Assembly: GCF_036971445.1 (NCBI RefSeq)
Contig: NC_091474.1
Coordinates: 185,442,001-185,506,000 of the forward strand
DNA length: 64,000 nucleotides
Direction: 5' to 3'
Source of the DNA: Narcine bancroftii
Taxonomy: Eukaryota
The translations under genes and the position numbers were made by a program. Shown piece after piece: positions 12,837 through 25,124 of this stretch; the stretch's first letter is position 1, and each line of letters starts with the position of its first letter. The notes under the pieces are model-generated. The model saw nothing but the letters and a program-made list of their open reading frames with translations. It was not told the DNA's origin and made no database searches.

Positions 12837-13628
12837 CCTCACCTGGCTCAGACTTTGCCTGGGTCAAGCTGCCAGTCAGACCAATGAGCTGCTTGCAGCT
12901 GCTGCATCTCAAACAGCTTAGAATCTGTCTCCATGACTTTCATTTTTAGGTTGGTCACTCACCCTTTGACAGTCTGCACTATCTCCTGTAGTGCCCAAAA
13001 GTGATGTTGCAGGGATTCAATCTCCCTATCTTTCTGTGCACCTGATTGTCCTAATTCTCCTGCAATTTCATGTTGTTGTCTAAAGAGAGACACCAAAAGC
13101 CAAAGGGCCTCTCCGTGACGCTCTGCGGTCTCTGAAAATTCCAATTTATCAAGGAGTGACGCCACAAAGTGCCCCATCTTTTCTCTGTGACAGTCAACCA
13201 GCATGGCATGGCTTCCCAGCCATGCATCCAAATGACTGAGTCCTTGGCGATCATTGGTCCACCTGGGATTTTATATTCTGACCCTAGGGGTTCCTTTACT
13301 AGTGTGGGTCAACTCTTGCAGTCCTCATTGATGAACAGGTACACAATAATGCATGCACCCAAAAGGACACATTCACACACTCATTAGCACAATCTCCCAC
13401 ATGGTTAGTACTCCTCGTGTGCCAAGCCAAAACTCTTTGAACCTTGCTCGCAGCACCAATTGTTGTGTTTGGGAAGTATCCGTTTCGGTGGGTTCAGAGA
13501 GAGACGAATCTGGACACAAGTGTTACAATCAAAGGTAACTTTATTGAACACACGGAAGACAAACAGAAGAAGACATCAAATGATACTTAATTACTCTACT
13601 ACTAAACAACTATATAGACATTCACATC
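12837..13628 (-). mobile_element. Fragment of an LTR retroelement or ERV: part of the 5' LTR (13628-13461), tRNA-Ser-like PBS, leader and decayed gag-like N-terminus
   Basis: LTR ends ...CACAACA, then AT-TGGTGCTGCGAGCAAGGTTC, resembling the complement of a tRNA-Ser 3' end. ORF 12959-13231 has LWLLVSLF followed by a coiled-coil-like stretch. Confidence 0.65.
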
Positions 13629-13631
13629 AAA

Positions 13632-13714
13632 CCCTTACTAATCACAGAACACTGATGGCATAGGGATTAATTAAAATGGTGTGTGAGTGGAAAGAAAAAT
13701 ATTGAGAACCACTG
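13632..13714. mobile_element. Right-end half module of the same hAT-like MITE
   Basis: CCCTTACTAATCACAGA...GTGAGTGGAAAGAAAAATATTGAGAACCACTG; the terminus is the reverse complement of CAGTGGTTCTCAA. Confidence 0.7.
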
Positions 13715-15044
13715 ACTGTAGAGACTTCAACAGGGATTTTATCTGAAGGCCTCACCTGGCAATTGGATTCAGGTGACTCAGGCAGATGATGTAGTGAAGC
13801 TCAGATCAGCAGGAAGCTGATTGGACAATAAAGATCAATTGATCGAGGGAACAGGGTGGTATTAATTCACTTCAACTAGCAGTTTAGGAGATTGTACTAT
13901 TGACTAGAGTTCCACACAGTACAGGCAGCAGTGAGTAGGAAATTTGAAACTAATTCTGTTTTTTTTTTCCCATAATTGGGTAGTTTTTTTAGGGGTCTGT
14001 GAGGCTTTTGTAATATTTTGTTGGAGTTCTTGCAAAAAAAAATAATTAATTAATAATCATTAAAATCTTTCTAAATTGGGCAGGGGATCACTGGCTGAGG
14101 AATATCTGGTGGAATGCATTACACAGTCATTTGAAGCCTACCTAATTTTCCACCTCTTGTTAAATGACAAAAATTGGATTAGTACCATTATGGGTGTTTC
14201 ATCACCTCTACTTAACTTTCCACTTTTCTATGTTTTATGATGCAGTGTACTTAGATCATCTAAACTTATCTAAATCTCCTTTGTTGACTTTTGCATTTAT
14301 CAAGTGCCAAAATACCCAGAAATCATGGAGTGTATTTTCAAAAGGAATAGGAATTAAAAATAGAAGGGAGAAATTAACTTGCAGGCAAAGAATAATGTGA
14401 ACCACAGGTGCCTGATATTTAAGAAGTTCAAACAGTATCCTAATGATGTAGACCACTATGACTGCAGATATGATTGAGATTTTGGTAGATAGATTGACAA
14501 CTTCACTTTTTGTCATGCTATAAATTTATTCAGTTGAATCAACATGAAAATTGAAACTGGAACTATCTGAAGAATCAAATTAAACAATGTCATGGGAATG
14601 AACTTGCATGTCTTCAAGAATTCAGTCACATAGCGTTGAAGCCCTGTGGCCAAACAAGGCCACGTCAAACCATCAAATATCCATTTCTGTTTGTATCATT
14701 TCTTTGTTCTCTCCAATTCCCCATCATCTATCCACACATAAATATTAAGGCAGTCATTTTTCATGAGGATTTATGTTAGGTCCAGTGTGCTCTTTTGAAC
14801 AGTTGGTAAGTCATGTGGTATTCATAATTTTCTTAATTACATCATGAAACAACTTTCTTTTTCTACTCACCTTCACTATTCTATGTCTCCAAAACTGGAG
14901 ACTCTAAAGAAACCACATCATTGAATATATAGAACTGTGAGATATTTTCCACTGAGGGGAAAATGTGAGGGATTCATGGAGAAAATTACTTCCATCAGGT
15001 ATCAATGCATCATTAGCTTTGAACAAAGAAATAAATATGATTTT

Positions 15045-15990
15045 TTTTTGGAATATTTTATTTTTGATTTTCCAAGACACAAATCCAAAACAACAGTTCA
15101 ACTTCTCAACAATGATAATATTACATTACATTTGGAGTCCATTTTCCCCCCACCCACCCACCCACCCCTCTCCTTTCCATACCTGAATACAAGGAAATTA
15201 TTATGTAAATTAAACAAACATAAAGAACCAAAAGTAAAATGAAAAAGATACGAAGCAAGTGCATGTTGTCTGTGCCATGACCCACTTAATTCAACTCAGT
15301 CATTTCATTATTAGAAGTACACAGCTATATCTGTGTACTTATATGTTGCTGATAAGGCCGCCGTACCCCAACAAATGTGTGATATTTCCTCCATAAATTG
15401 TATGTAATTTTCTCAAGTGGAATATAACTCTGCATTTCTGTATTCCATTGTGTCATATTTAGTTGAGAGTCAGACTTCCATGTGACCACCATGCATTTCC
15501 TGACTACTACCAAGGTGATCTTCACAAACTGAATTTGGTACTTAGTTTAAAACTCACATCCATAATGTTTCCCAGAAGGTGAAATAATGGATCCTGTGGA
15601 AAATCCATCCTTGTAATAATTTTCAGAATGTCCCCAGAAGGATCTCACCTTTGTACACAGCCAGATTGAATGAATAATAGTTCCAATCTCCACTGCACAC
15701 CCAAAACACATTTCCAAAATTTCCTGTTTGGATTTAAGTAATTTTTGTGGTGTGAGGTACAGTCGATGCAAGAAATTATATTGCACCAACCTGTACCTGG
15801 CATTAATGACTGCTGTCATGCTGTCCCAACACAGGTCTGACTAGAACTGCTTCTGGATTGTTGTGTCCAAGTCTGTCACCCATCTTTCCCTTGCCTTATA
15901 TAAGCCTGGGTTTGGCCCCTCACTTTGGACTAGGAGATACATCATAGAAATGATTATGGCGATGTGAGAGCCTCTTAATTTGCTGGCTTG
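15045..15990 (-). mobile_element. Decayed L1 3' fragment (ORF2 C-terminus and 3' UTR)
   Basis: ORF 15547-15819 INARYRLVQYNFLHRLYLTPQKL...CFGC...HSIWLC; ORF 15325-15525 RKCMVVTWKS...LEKITY; poly-T at ~15041. Confidence 0.85.
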
Positions 15991-17499
15991 ACATGCTGAG
16001 TTTATACAGCATTCTCTTTTTATTACTAAATGCCATTGATCTATATTTAAAAATGTTGCTGGTCTGTTTTTGCGTTTGTGAATATTGGTCATCATTATTT
16101 TAGGCTTGCTACAGAATTTAATCTTGCTATATATTGCTTTCCACTGTGATCATATTACATATCAATTTCAATCTATATTTCTTCATGATCAGCTGCTTAA
16201 GTATGTTTAGTTAAATTATAATTTGATATTGTCCAGATCCAGGCAAAAGTAGTCCAACTTTACGAATTCAAATACTGTTTTTTTTTTACCCGTACCTTTC
16301 TTATTTGTTGTATCTAAGAGATTGGGAGATATTTTTTGGAACAGTGAGACAGTGTTTTTAGCTCGCAGGTGCAAATAAGGGTTGATGGTTAGAAAAGATC
16401 ACCTACCAGTGGTAACTGACACCTACTCAAAGGTATTATTTCACCTTCAAAACATCACTGAAGTATGTCTGGTATTTGGTGTCTTGAGCTTGCCTTGAGT
16501 GCTCCTTGCAGTGTCATGTTTTTTTTTTCACATATGACTGCAATTCCAAAACTTGAGTGATGATAACTGCTGTTCTATAATCTCGCCGTTCTGCCATTTA
16601 GACAGGAAACCCTTTGTTTTGTAATTAGCAGAATCATTATTCAACTATGCAGAACTTCAGATTCCTGATGAGATTCTTCAGGCTGAGGCCCAAAGTTTAT
16701 GCTATTAAATTACTCGTAATTGATCCAGAAAACTTCTTGAGTATTATTTTAATAAGATGGTGTGCAAGCTCCCACCAAAGAAAGAGCTACCTAGACATAT
16801 AAGGGATCTCTATACCCAGATTGCTTCACAGTTTTCAACAATCGCTTCATTCTGAGACCGAGCTATAGCCTCATAAGAAGAGATAACTTTTCCCACCTAT
16901 CTTCTTCTTCGCAATGACATAAAGTGGGCTTCTAAATAAAAAGCATCCATCCTAATGCAACAAAGCTACAAAATCCCTGAGATGAAAATAATGGTAATGA
17001 TTTTATTGTCATATACTTTGAACTTGCTGCAACTGAGTATACTTAGTCAAGTTAAAAAGAGACAATAAATACAAAAATAAAGTAATAAATATTCACAGTT
17101 CAACTAGTTCAAAAATAGTGACTTAGCAATAGTCTAATCAATCCTTTGTGATGTCCTCAAAAAAATCCAGTAAGCACTGATAACCCATTAGACAATTGTT
17201 TGGAAATTCTAAGAATTTGGCATTTGGCTTTCCCCACTCCTTTTGATCACATAAAGTTAATTGGAAAATGTATTGCGTTACTGTGTACCTTTTAAAATAA
17301 GTGAATTAAAAGTGTGTTGGAGTGTCAATAAAATATGGTCCTGATAATATGCTTGTCTGGTTCCAATTAAGACCTGTTATATGCCGCTGTATCTACTTTG
17401 CCATTCTCCATTGCCTCATTAAATTAACCATGATTTATTTCACAATTTGAAATATCTCTCATTCATTTCTTTAACATTTTAAGCACTTTGTGTGCAACA

Positions 17500-17768
17500 A
17501 ATATCAGAGCCCGATCCTCCGGGCTGAGAAATAGTGCCTTCCCATGTACAGTGAGACTGCTGAACGATTGAATGAACTGCTCATACTAACCCTCCAAGAT
17601 TCTACTATTTATTCAACAATATTTATTAATTTTTATATATGTATTTTTGACTGCATATGCATTACTTGTCTGTATGTGTGTTTGCATGATGTTGACCCAA
17701 GGACTGGAGAACGCTGTTTCGTCGAGTTACATGTACAATTTAAATGATAATAAATTTGAACTTAACTT
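17500..17768 (+). mobile_element. Rex1/Babar-like LINE 3' end remnant
   Basis: Decayed CTGAGAAATAG...CTTCCCA ORF end, then a 3' UTR ending ATGATAATAAATTTGAACTTAACT. Confidence 0.5.
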
Positions 17769-18351
17769 CCTGCATATCATTCTTCTAAGCTTGAATCAAT
17801 GATAGTTGCTTTGGGAGGTTGCATCCACAATCAAGCATATTAATATGATTCATCTCTTCCATTCCTCGAAGATTTCTGCATTCTTGAATAATATCTCCTC
17901 CATACTTTCCTTTTACAAAGGATTCAATTCCATATCTAAATTGTCTGAGGACAGTGTCACCTAATTGCCCTTTATAACTTTTTTAAATGCTTGGTTATTA
18001 GTCCAACAGAATTGGAATCAGGATGGCATTGGTGCCTCGATAAAATTTCCTTGTACACAGCATCATCCTTGGGTAGTTTTAGCTTCTTCCACTCCTGACA
18101 ATCCAGAATCCATGCTCCAAAGGCCAGGTTTTCCCTCTCCTAGAAAATTAAAACCCAAAGGAAAACCACACTTTCCCTGTTTATTTCCTTGCACTGATGG
18201 CAGAATGAAGGGAAATTAATAACTTAGACAGAAATATGTTCATTATAAATGTAATGTACAACAAGTTGATCAGAACAGAAGAGACTAAATAGTAGAAGTG
18301 GTCCATTCAGCCCCTCATGTCTTCTTTTCCATTCAATAAGGTCTTTACTTC

Positions 18352-18934
18352 TGTAATATGAAGGATCATGTGTGTCAAGTGACCCTACCGGCAGGTACCT
18401 AGTCAGAGATCACTTGATCTGCCAATCAAGGTCAAGCTCCACCCACAAGTTAGCATACCTGGTCATTGGGCATTTGGGCATTCAATTACCTAACTGATAC
18501 TGGGGCTGGACAGTCCAGCTGATGGCATTACAAACCCCACCATGTGTGAACTATCAGTCTCTTCTTTTTCCCTTGAGACAAACCCCAGCTTCAGTCTAGA
18601 TTGTGAAATATGGGCAATACTGGAGAGTCATTGGAAAGGTATTCATTGACAAAGGGTTGGGATATATAGTATTGTGTATCTATAAATCACTGTCTCTAGT
18701 TCAGTTAAATTAAGAGTCATGCTTGCACTGTACCCAATTGTAATGCTATCTCTTTGTGGTGGTTGTGAATATTGGGTAGTTGATGCGAGTGTGTCATACA
18801 ATTGTGTGCATGTGTGTGTGTTTTATCCCCATTGTGACTTCCCTACACGTGTAAATAAACATCACTTTTTAACTAACTGGTGTTTAGACTCGCTGCTCTT
18901 GGGACCTATCGAACTTTTCCTTCCACATACAACA
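18352..18934 (+). mobile_element. Probable solo LTR inside an antisense CR1 tail
   Basis: Termini TGTAATATG...CATACAACA (7/9 inverted match), AATAAA at ~18854; CR1-like tail sequence on both sides; no clean TSD. Confidence 0.55.
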
Positions 18935-19910
18935 CTGATGTGCCAATCTACTGCAAAAATTCATATCGATTTATTTAATCAATACCAAAATTTAACTCTA
19001 TTTGTTTTCAATTTACCCAATGATTGAGATTCCACATCTTTCTTCAGCAGTGAATTCCAAAGATTCATAACACTGTTATGTTGCAGATATAACTCTGCTT
19101 GGTCATCTTAACATTTGTACAAAAATTGTCTTGTATTAAATATTAACCTATGGTTTACCTTCCAAATTGTTGGTGCAAATGACACCCAACTTTCAGCGCT
19201 TTGGCACAAGGACATCCAGGTCACTCTGAGCACTATCCACTTTCAATCTATAACTACTGTATTAATAAAATGCTCCACTGTACTTGTTTTCTACCAATGT
19301 GGATAACCTCATATTTCCTACATTACATTCCATCTACCATGTCTTCACCAATGGACTTAACCTGTCTATCTCCTCCCAAAGCCTCTCAGTATTCTCCTCA
19401 GAACCCACTCTACCTCTCAACTTTGTATCATAAGAATTATTTTTACATATTGCATTTGACGATTGTGGACTTCAGGAGGAAGTCAGGGGAAAATGATCAA
19501 GCCCTCATCGAGGGGTCAGTAGTGGAGAGGGTCAAGAACTTCAAATTCCTGTGTGTCAACATCTCCGAGGATCTATCCTGGAACCTTCACATTGATGAAA
19601 TTGCAAAGAAGGTTTGCCAGCGGCTATACTTTGTGAAGTGTCTGAGGCGGTTCAGTATGTCTTGTAAACTTCAACAGGTGAACCGTGGAGGGCATTCTGG
19701 CTGCTTGCATCACTGCCTGGTATGAATTCCAGAGGGTTGTTAACTCAGCCTGTGACATCACAGGCATCAGACCTCACTCCATTGAGGACATCTACATGAG
19801 GTGGTGTCTTAAAAAAGCAGCCTCTATCCTCAAAGACCCTCACCGCCCAGGCCATGCCTTCTTCACTCTGCAACCATCAGAAAAAAGGTACAGGAGCCTA
19901 AAGGCAAGCA

Positions 19911-21035
19911 CCTGGGAAGCCTTCCTGGGACCCAGCGCGATTACTGGTGCAAAGATACTGGAACCAACTTTCAAAGTGATAAATCGGCAACCTGGTGATT
20001 TAAGGGGGATCCCGCCCCGTGATGATGTGTAAAGTGTTGTGTCATGCCCTCACGGGAACTATCGGCCATCAGTCTCCCAACGCCAGAGGAGTTCCAGCGG
20101 TGCGGGGAATTATGGGTAAGGAAGATAGCCATTGCTCCTGCACTCCTGCATTGAGCCGTCGCTGCAGACTGGAGCGGCTTTTGCAGCAGTGGCACATTGT
20201 GTCCCCACCTACTCTCCCCCTCCCTGCTGCAGCAAACTCTCTCCCCCTTCCTGTGGCAGTAACTCCTCTCTTAACCCCAATCATGGCAGCAACCCTTCTC
20301 TTGCCCCCCATTTGTGGCAGCGACCCCTCTCTCTCCTCCTGATTGTGGCAGCAGCACCTCAGCCTGGGGTTCCCTGTGACACAAGCACTGAAGTCACCAG
20401 AGTAACCACGTCAGCCATTTCCCCTTTCAAATCACTGGACCAGGATGCCAGGATAAGTTTTACTGGGTTCCTTGATGTAAGGTAAAACATCATGAGATGG
20501 GAATGTGTAGGGAGTTACCCTGTACAGGGCAGTAACAAGAAGAGGAGGTGTCCTTGTACTCCTGTTAGGTAAAACATCATGAGATGGGAATGTACAGGGC
20601 TGTAACAAGATGTGAATGCATCCTTGTACTTACAAGATAAGAGAGACATTGATGGATTGAGAGGCAGGAAGCTAGCAGGGAAAGGATAGCAACAGTTTTA
20701 GTCATTGGACAAGTAATGATATGATGATGTTCTAAGCACATATCCAAGGGTATAAAAAATCACCATTTTGCTGATAACGGCAGAATGCATTCTCCGACTA
20801 ACATGTTTAGTCGCAAGTGTTACAATCCGGTAATAAAGAACAAAGAACCCTGATTTCGACTCAGCCTGGTGTTTGTCTCACTCATTCATGAACAAAGCAG
20901 ACCTAACATTGACCACCTCTGAGATAGATTGGTTTCTGCCTGGGTTGGACCCTTTCAAGTAGCCATGTAAATAGGTGGCTAACCATGTAAATTGCCCAGT
21001 GAACCCCTTTTTATGTGGCAGTTTGAAAGGGCCTA
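19911..21035. mobile_element. GC-rich non-autonomous element (PIF/Harbinger-like, tentative) with a ~27-bp degenerate minisatellite at ~20205-20355
   Basis: Ends TGAAAGGGCCTAA; shares the TGCGGGG..TTATGGGTA.G.AAGAT.GCCATTGCTC core with 57190-57230. Left end not resolved. Confidence 0.5.
20476..20908 (+). mobile_element. Solo LTR (433 bp)
   Basis: TGTAAGGT...ACCTAACA termini, perfect 4-bp TSD TTGA, TATAAAA at 20751, AATAAA at ~20832, internal duplication of the LTR start at 20563. Confidence 0.9.
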
Positions 21036-23787
21036 ATGTCACGAGGAGAGCTTCTTCCCCGCTGCCATCAGATTCCTGAATAATCAATGAACCAAGAATG
21101 CTGCCTTACTTTTTGTGCATTATTATTATTTTTATATTATTATTTTATATATATTATTTTATTTTATTTATATATCATAAGATGGTTATAAGATGTATGT
21201 TTGCACTATGATGGTCTTGCAAATCACCAAATTTAATGACTTGTTTATGACAATAAATTCTGATTCTGGAATATAGTTATTCTCAATAACTCACAGATTT
21301 ATATAGTTGTTTAAATGTGATAAGACTTTAAAGTTGAGAGAACTTATTGTGCACATTTCCTTTTATTAAGCCAAAGATTTAATACTCTTTTACTAATACT
21401 AATGAAATTTTGAACATAGTGAGCTTCTTGTTTAACTGTTTCATTCTATCTCAAATAATCATATCATGTAAAATGTTTTTAACAATCAGTTTGTTTTTAA
21501 CCATTTAACTTTACTGGAAACATATAATTACTTATTTTCACAACTAGTGTCAGGTTATAGAAGTAATGAAGAGTGCATTGTAGTGTCTTAAGTATGAGAT
21601 CAATACCTTCAATTTGCTTATTCAGTTATCCTCAGTAAAGTTTCTGTAAAGCCAGCAATAACAATTGCCTTTATCAGTCCAATTGTGTTTATTGACTCAA
21701 CACTCAGCATTGTTGGGTGGCAGGGTTATACTGATCTATTGTCTTTTTCTTCAGATGTGGAGGAAAGTGAAAATGCTATAATTTTGACTGATTTCTTTAT
21801 ATAAATATACACACCTGATTGGAATTTAAATCATAGTGTTTTATCTGTATGTAATTAATTTATTTTATAAATTGAATATCCATTGCAAACACTCATCCCT
21901 ACAAACCAGCTCCAAAATATAGAGTCACATTTTGTTATGTTCATTTTCATATTTTAACCAACATTAAAAAAACATTACAGCACAGAACAGGTGCTTCAGT
22001 ACACAATGTTGTGTCAATTTATGTCAAGTATTCCACAGCAATCTAATCCTTCCCTTCCTCACACCCATAACCCTCTCATTTTCTTACTTCCATGTGCCTA
22101 TCTTACAGTCTTTTTAAATGCCCCTATTGTCCCAGCCTCCACCACCAACCCAAGCAACCAACCACTTTTTGTAAAAAAAAACTTACCTCTGACATCTGGA
22201 CTAGACTTTCTTCCACTCACTTTAAACATGCAAAATGTTTTTTTTAAAGTTAATTCCCCGAATTAAAATGAGGTTAACAAAAGTGGACTAATTCAGTGAT
22301 GAAAAGAGAATTTTCCTAAAGGAACAAGTATAGATAATTTCTGAGAGATCAATCTTAACAGGATGTGTCATTAACTAGTGATTGATGATTTGAATTGTAT
22401 TTGATTCATTTAATTTATGTTCCAAAGGACAAGTCTTGCTACTTTTCTTAAATTTCATTTGCACTGTTTCACAGAAATTTAAGGTCAGGCCTTATTTTCG
22501 ATCTGTTGTCATAGGGTCAGGTATATGCAGATCCCAACTGAGCCTACTGCATTCCCAAGGTCTTACCATGTAAGCCAGATACAATTTCAGCATTAGAAAT
22601 TGCTGTTGTTTTGGTAAAAGCTTGACTTGTTTTCATTAGTTGGTCACTTGGGGCTTGGCCAAAATTTGCCTCAATTCTTTGGTCTGACAGCACTGCCAGT
22701 TGCATTCAATCTTCGTTTCTTACTCCCACCGGAATATGTTGAGGATGTTTAGACTTTATTTTGTTTCAAGAAGAAACAGAGCAACCATTTGTATATGGGA
22801 TTAGTTTTTATGCATTGAACTCGTCAGAATTTAGTGACATTAATGGGACTTTAGTGTAATCTACAACAAAGACATCAGCACAAGAATTTGAAAGTGCTTT
22901 CATAAATTGTATCAAGTCAGGTTTCTTACTTGAAATCAAAAGCAAAATGCATGACAAAATTTCTAAATTTACTCTGGATCTGATTTCTAATTTTAACATA
23001 CATACATGCACTCAGTAATATTAATAGGCTTCCTTCATCCCAACTCATGGACTATTTAAAGCCTCTAAATTTAACCATTCCTGGAAAGTTTTTCATAAAT
23101 TTGTCATCAAAATCTGCTGTTTTTGTTCTATGTGGCTCCCCATCACATTTGTCCATTGACCTTTTCCTCTCTGATGTGCAATAGGTGCTGATAAAACCTC
23201 AATCTTAAAATTTTCACCTTTTTTTTAAAATCACATACTAGAGTCATTGTTCATTCAGGTGCCTTGCCATTCGACGTGGATGATTATGTCTATCCATCCA
23301 TCATGAGTCATACAACATGGCAATAGGCCCTTCATCCCACTGAGTGCACTTTACACCAATCCTATTTTATCCTCCTGACATTCCCATCAACACCACCCAG
23401 ATTCTATCATTTACCTGCACACAAGGGACAATTTGCAGTGGTTTTAAACATCAACCTACCAGTCAATGAAAATTGTCTTTTGTATTTACCGTGGAGAAAG
23501 ACATGGAGATTCAGGAACTCAGGCAAGTAAACAGTGTAGTCTTGAGGAGAGACCACATTACAAAAGAGGAGCTACTGCAGATTATTAATGCATACAGCTG
23601 GATAAATCCCCTGGACCTGATGAAGCGTGTGCTGGAACATTGTGGGAAACTTGAAAAGAAATTGCAGGATCCCTGGCAGAGATTCTTCCATCATTGTTAA
23701 GTGCCAGCAGACTGAGGGGCAGCTAATGTGCCTTTATTTTAGAAAGGCTGCAAGGACAAGCTAGGGAACTACAGGCCAGTGAGCTTA

Positions 23788-24470
23788 AAATGGTGGCACT
23801 GTGGTAACTGCTATAACGGCGCCGCTGGTGCAGACCCGGGAGAGCAGAGAGCTGCTCCAATGTATTCAAAAGCCCACTTCAAATGCTGGCAGCACCATAC
23901 AGGCTGTAAATGTTAAAGTGCTTGTACTCAGAGTGCTGTGCCCCTTATGGCCACTACTGTGCACCTTTGCTCGGTAGTGACTATAAGGGGTTGCAGACAC
24001 CAGGGAGCAGAGAAATGGGAAGAACACCCCCCCCCCTCCAAAATTGAGATGGAGAAGCAGAAGAGATGACCCTACAGGGAAGGTAACCACAGCAGCAGAC
24101 CAGAAAAGGGTTCAGCAGCTGAGGAACCCACAGAGGCTGCAGGCAACTTGTGGTTGGGGGTCCCGCACAGGCAGTGGGCCGCTGGAAACTGGCTCATGGA
24201 AACCAGGTATCAGAGCCTGGATTTGAGAGGGTGGTGAGGGTAAGAAAGGCTCTCAGAGGGCCTTGAGTGCTGAAGACTGATCATGTCAGAGGTTTTGGAC
24301 TGGAGCTCGAGTGGAAGATACACGGACACTCAGTATCTCTGAAGGGGCTCTCTTTTGCTTCTCTTTATCTCTTACTGTCAGGGGTATAGGCAATGTAGAG
24401 CAGGCAGAAGGAATTTTCTGTAATATTACATGTTCTGTACTATTGCATGACCACAAAGGAATCTTGAATC
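23788..24470 (+). mobile_element. Family A element, apparently complete (~680 bp), inserted in CR1
   Basis: CR1 sequence stops at AGTGAGCTTA and resumes at AGTCATGGGTAAATTACTGG. Starts AAAATGGTGGC; core TCTCTGAAGGGGCTCTCTTTTGCTTCTCTTT; tail ATGACCACAAAGGAATCTTGAATC. Confidence 0.75.
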
Positions 24471-24808
24471 AGTCATGGGTAAATTACTGGAAAGGATTCA
24501 AAGTTATAGGCTTTGTTACATGTTACAAAGTTTGTTACAAAGTTACATGCATTTGGAAAGGCAAGGAATAATTAGGGCTAGTCAGCAGATCAAATGGCAA
24601 ATCATATCTCACGAATTTGACAGTTTTTTGAGGAGGTGACCAGGAAGGTGGTGGTTGTCTTCATGGATTTTCGCAAGGCCTTTGATAAGGTCCCACATGA
24701 TAGATTGGTCCAGAAGGTCAGATTGTATGGGATGCAGGCTGAACTAGTCAATCTGATGAAGAATTATTATGATGATAGGAGATGGTTGGTGGTTGTGGTG
24801 AGTTGGTA

Positions 24809-25124
24809 CAGGAAGCCCTCGCATTACAAACATCTGAGTTATGGACAACTTACACTTATGAACAAATTGTGCCCCCAATTCGCGCATGCGCATAATGTTA
24901 CCTCATGAATGCCCCATCGATGGTATGAGAGTAAGTGTTAACTTTTAATCATGATTTTTTTTGCTATCTGAACTGTTTTAAGAACTGTTTCTTTTTTTTA
25001 CAGTATTAAGACAAACATTTAATTAACTGAAGCTAAATAAGAACTATATGTACCTGTTCCAACTGATCTACAAATTCGATTTAGTCAAAGAAATGGATCT
25101 TGTTCATAACCCAGGGACTCCCTG
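24809..25124. mobile_element. Tigger/pogo-like MITE inserted in CR1
   Basis: TA-CAGGAAGCCCTCG left end versus reverse-complemented right end CAGGGAGTCCCTGGGTTATGAAC; TA/TG flanks; CR1 resumes after it. Confidence 0.6.

Larger units (their letters stand above)
19455..21268 (+). mobile_element. Rex1/Babar-like LINE 3' fragment, split by a nested insertion at ~19911-21035
   Basis: IVDFRRK...VERVKNFKFLCVNISEDLSW; CITAWY; KAASILKDPHRPGH; resumes with AGCTTCTTCCCCGCTGCCATCAGA; tail ATGACAATAAATTCTGATTCTG. Confidence 0.88.

Noticed and set aside
14860-15030. Minus-strand donor-like AAG/GTGAGT at ~14870
   Set aside because: The stronger upstream acceptors give stops in all frames; only an unconvincing 33-nt exon remains.
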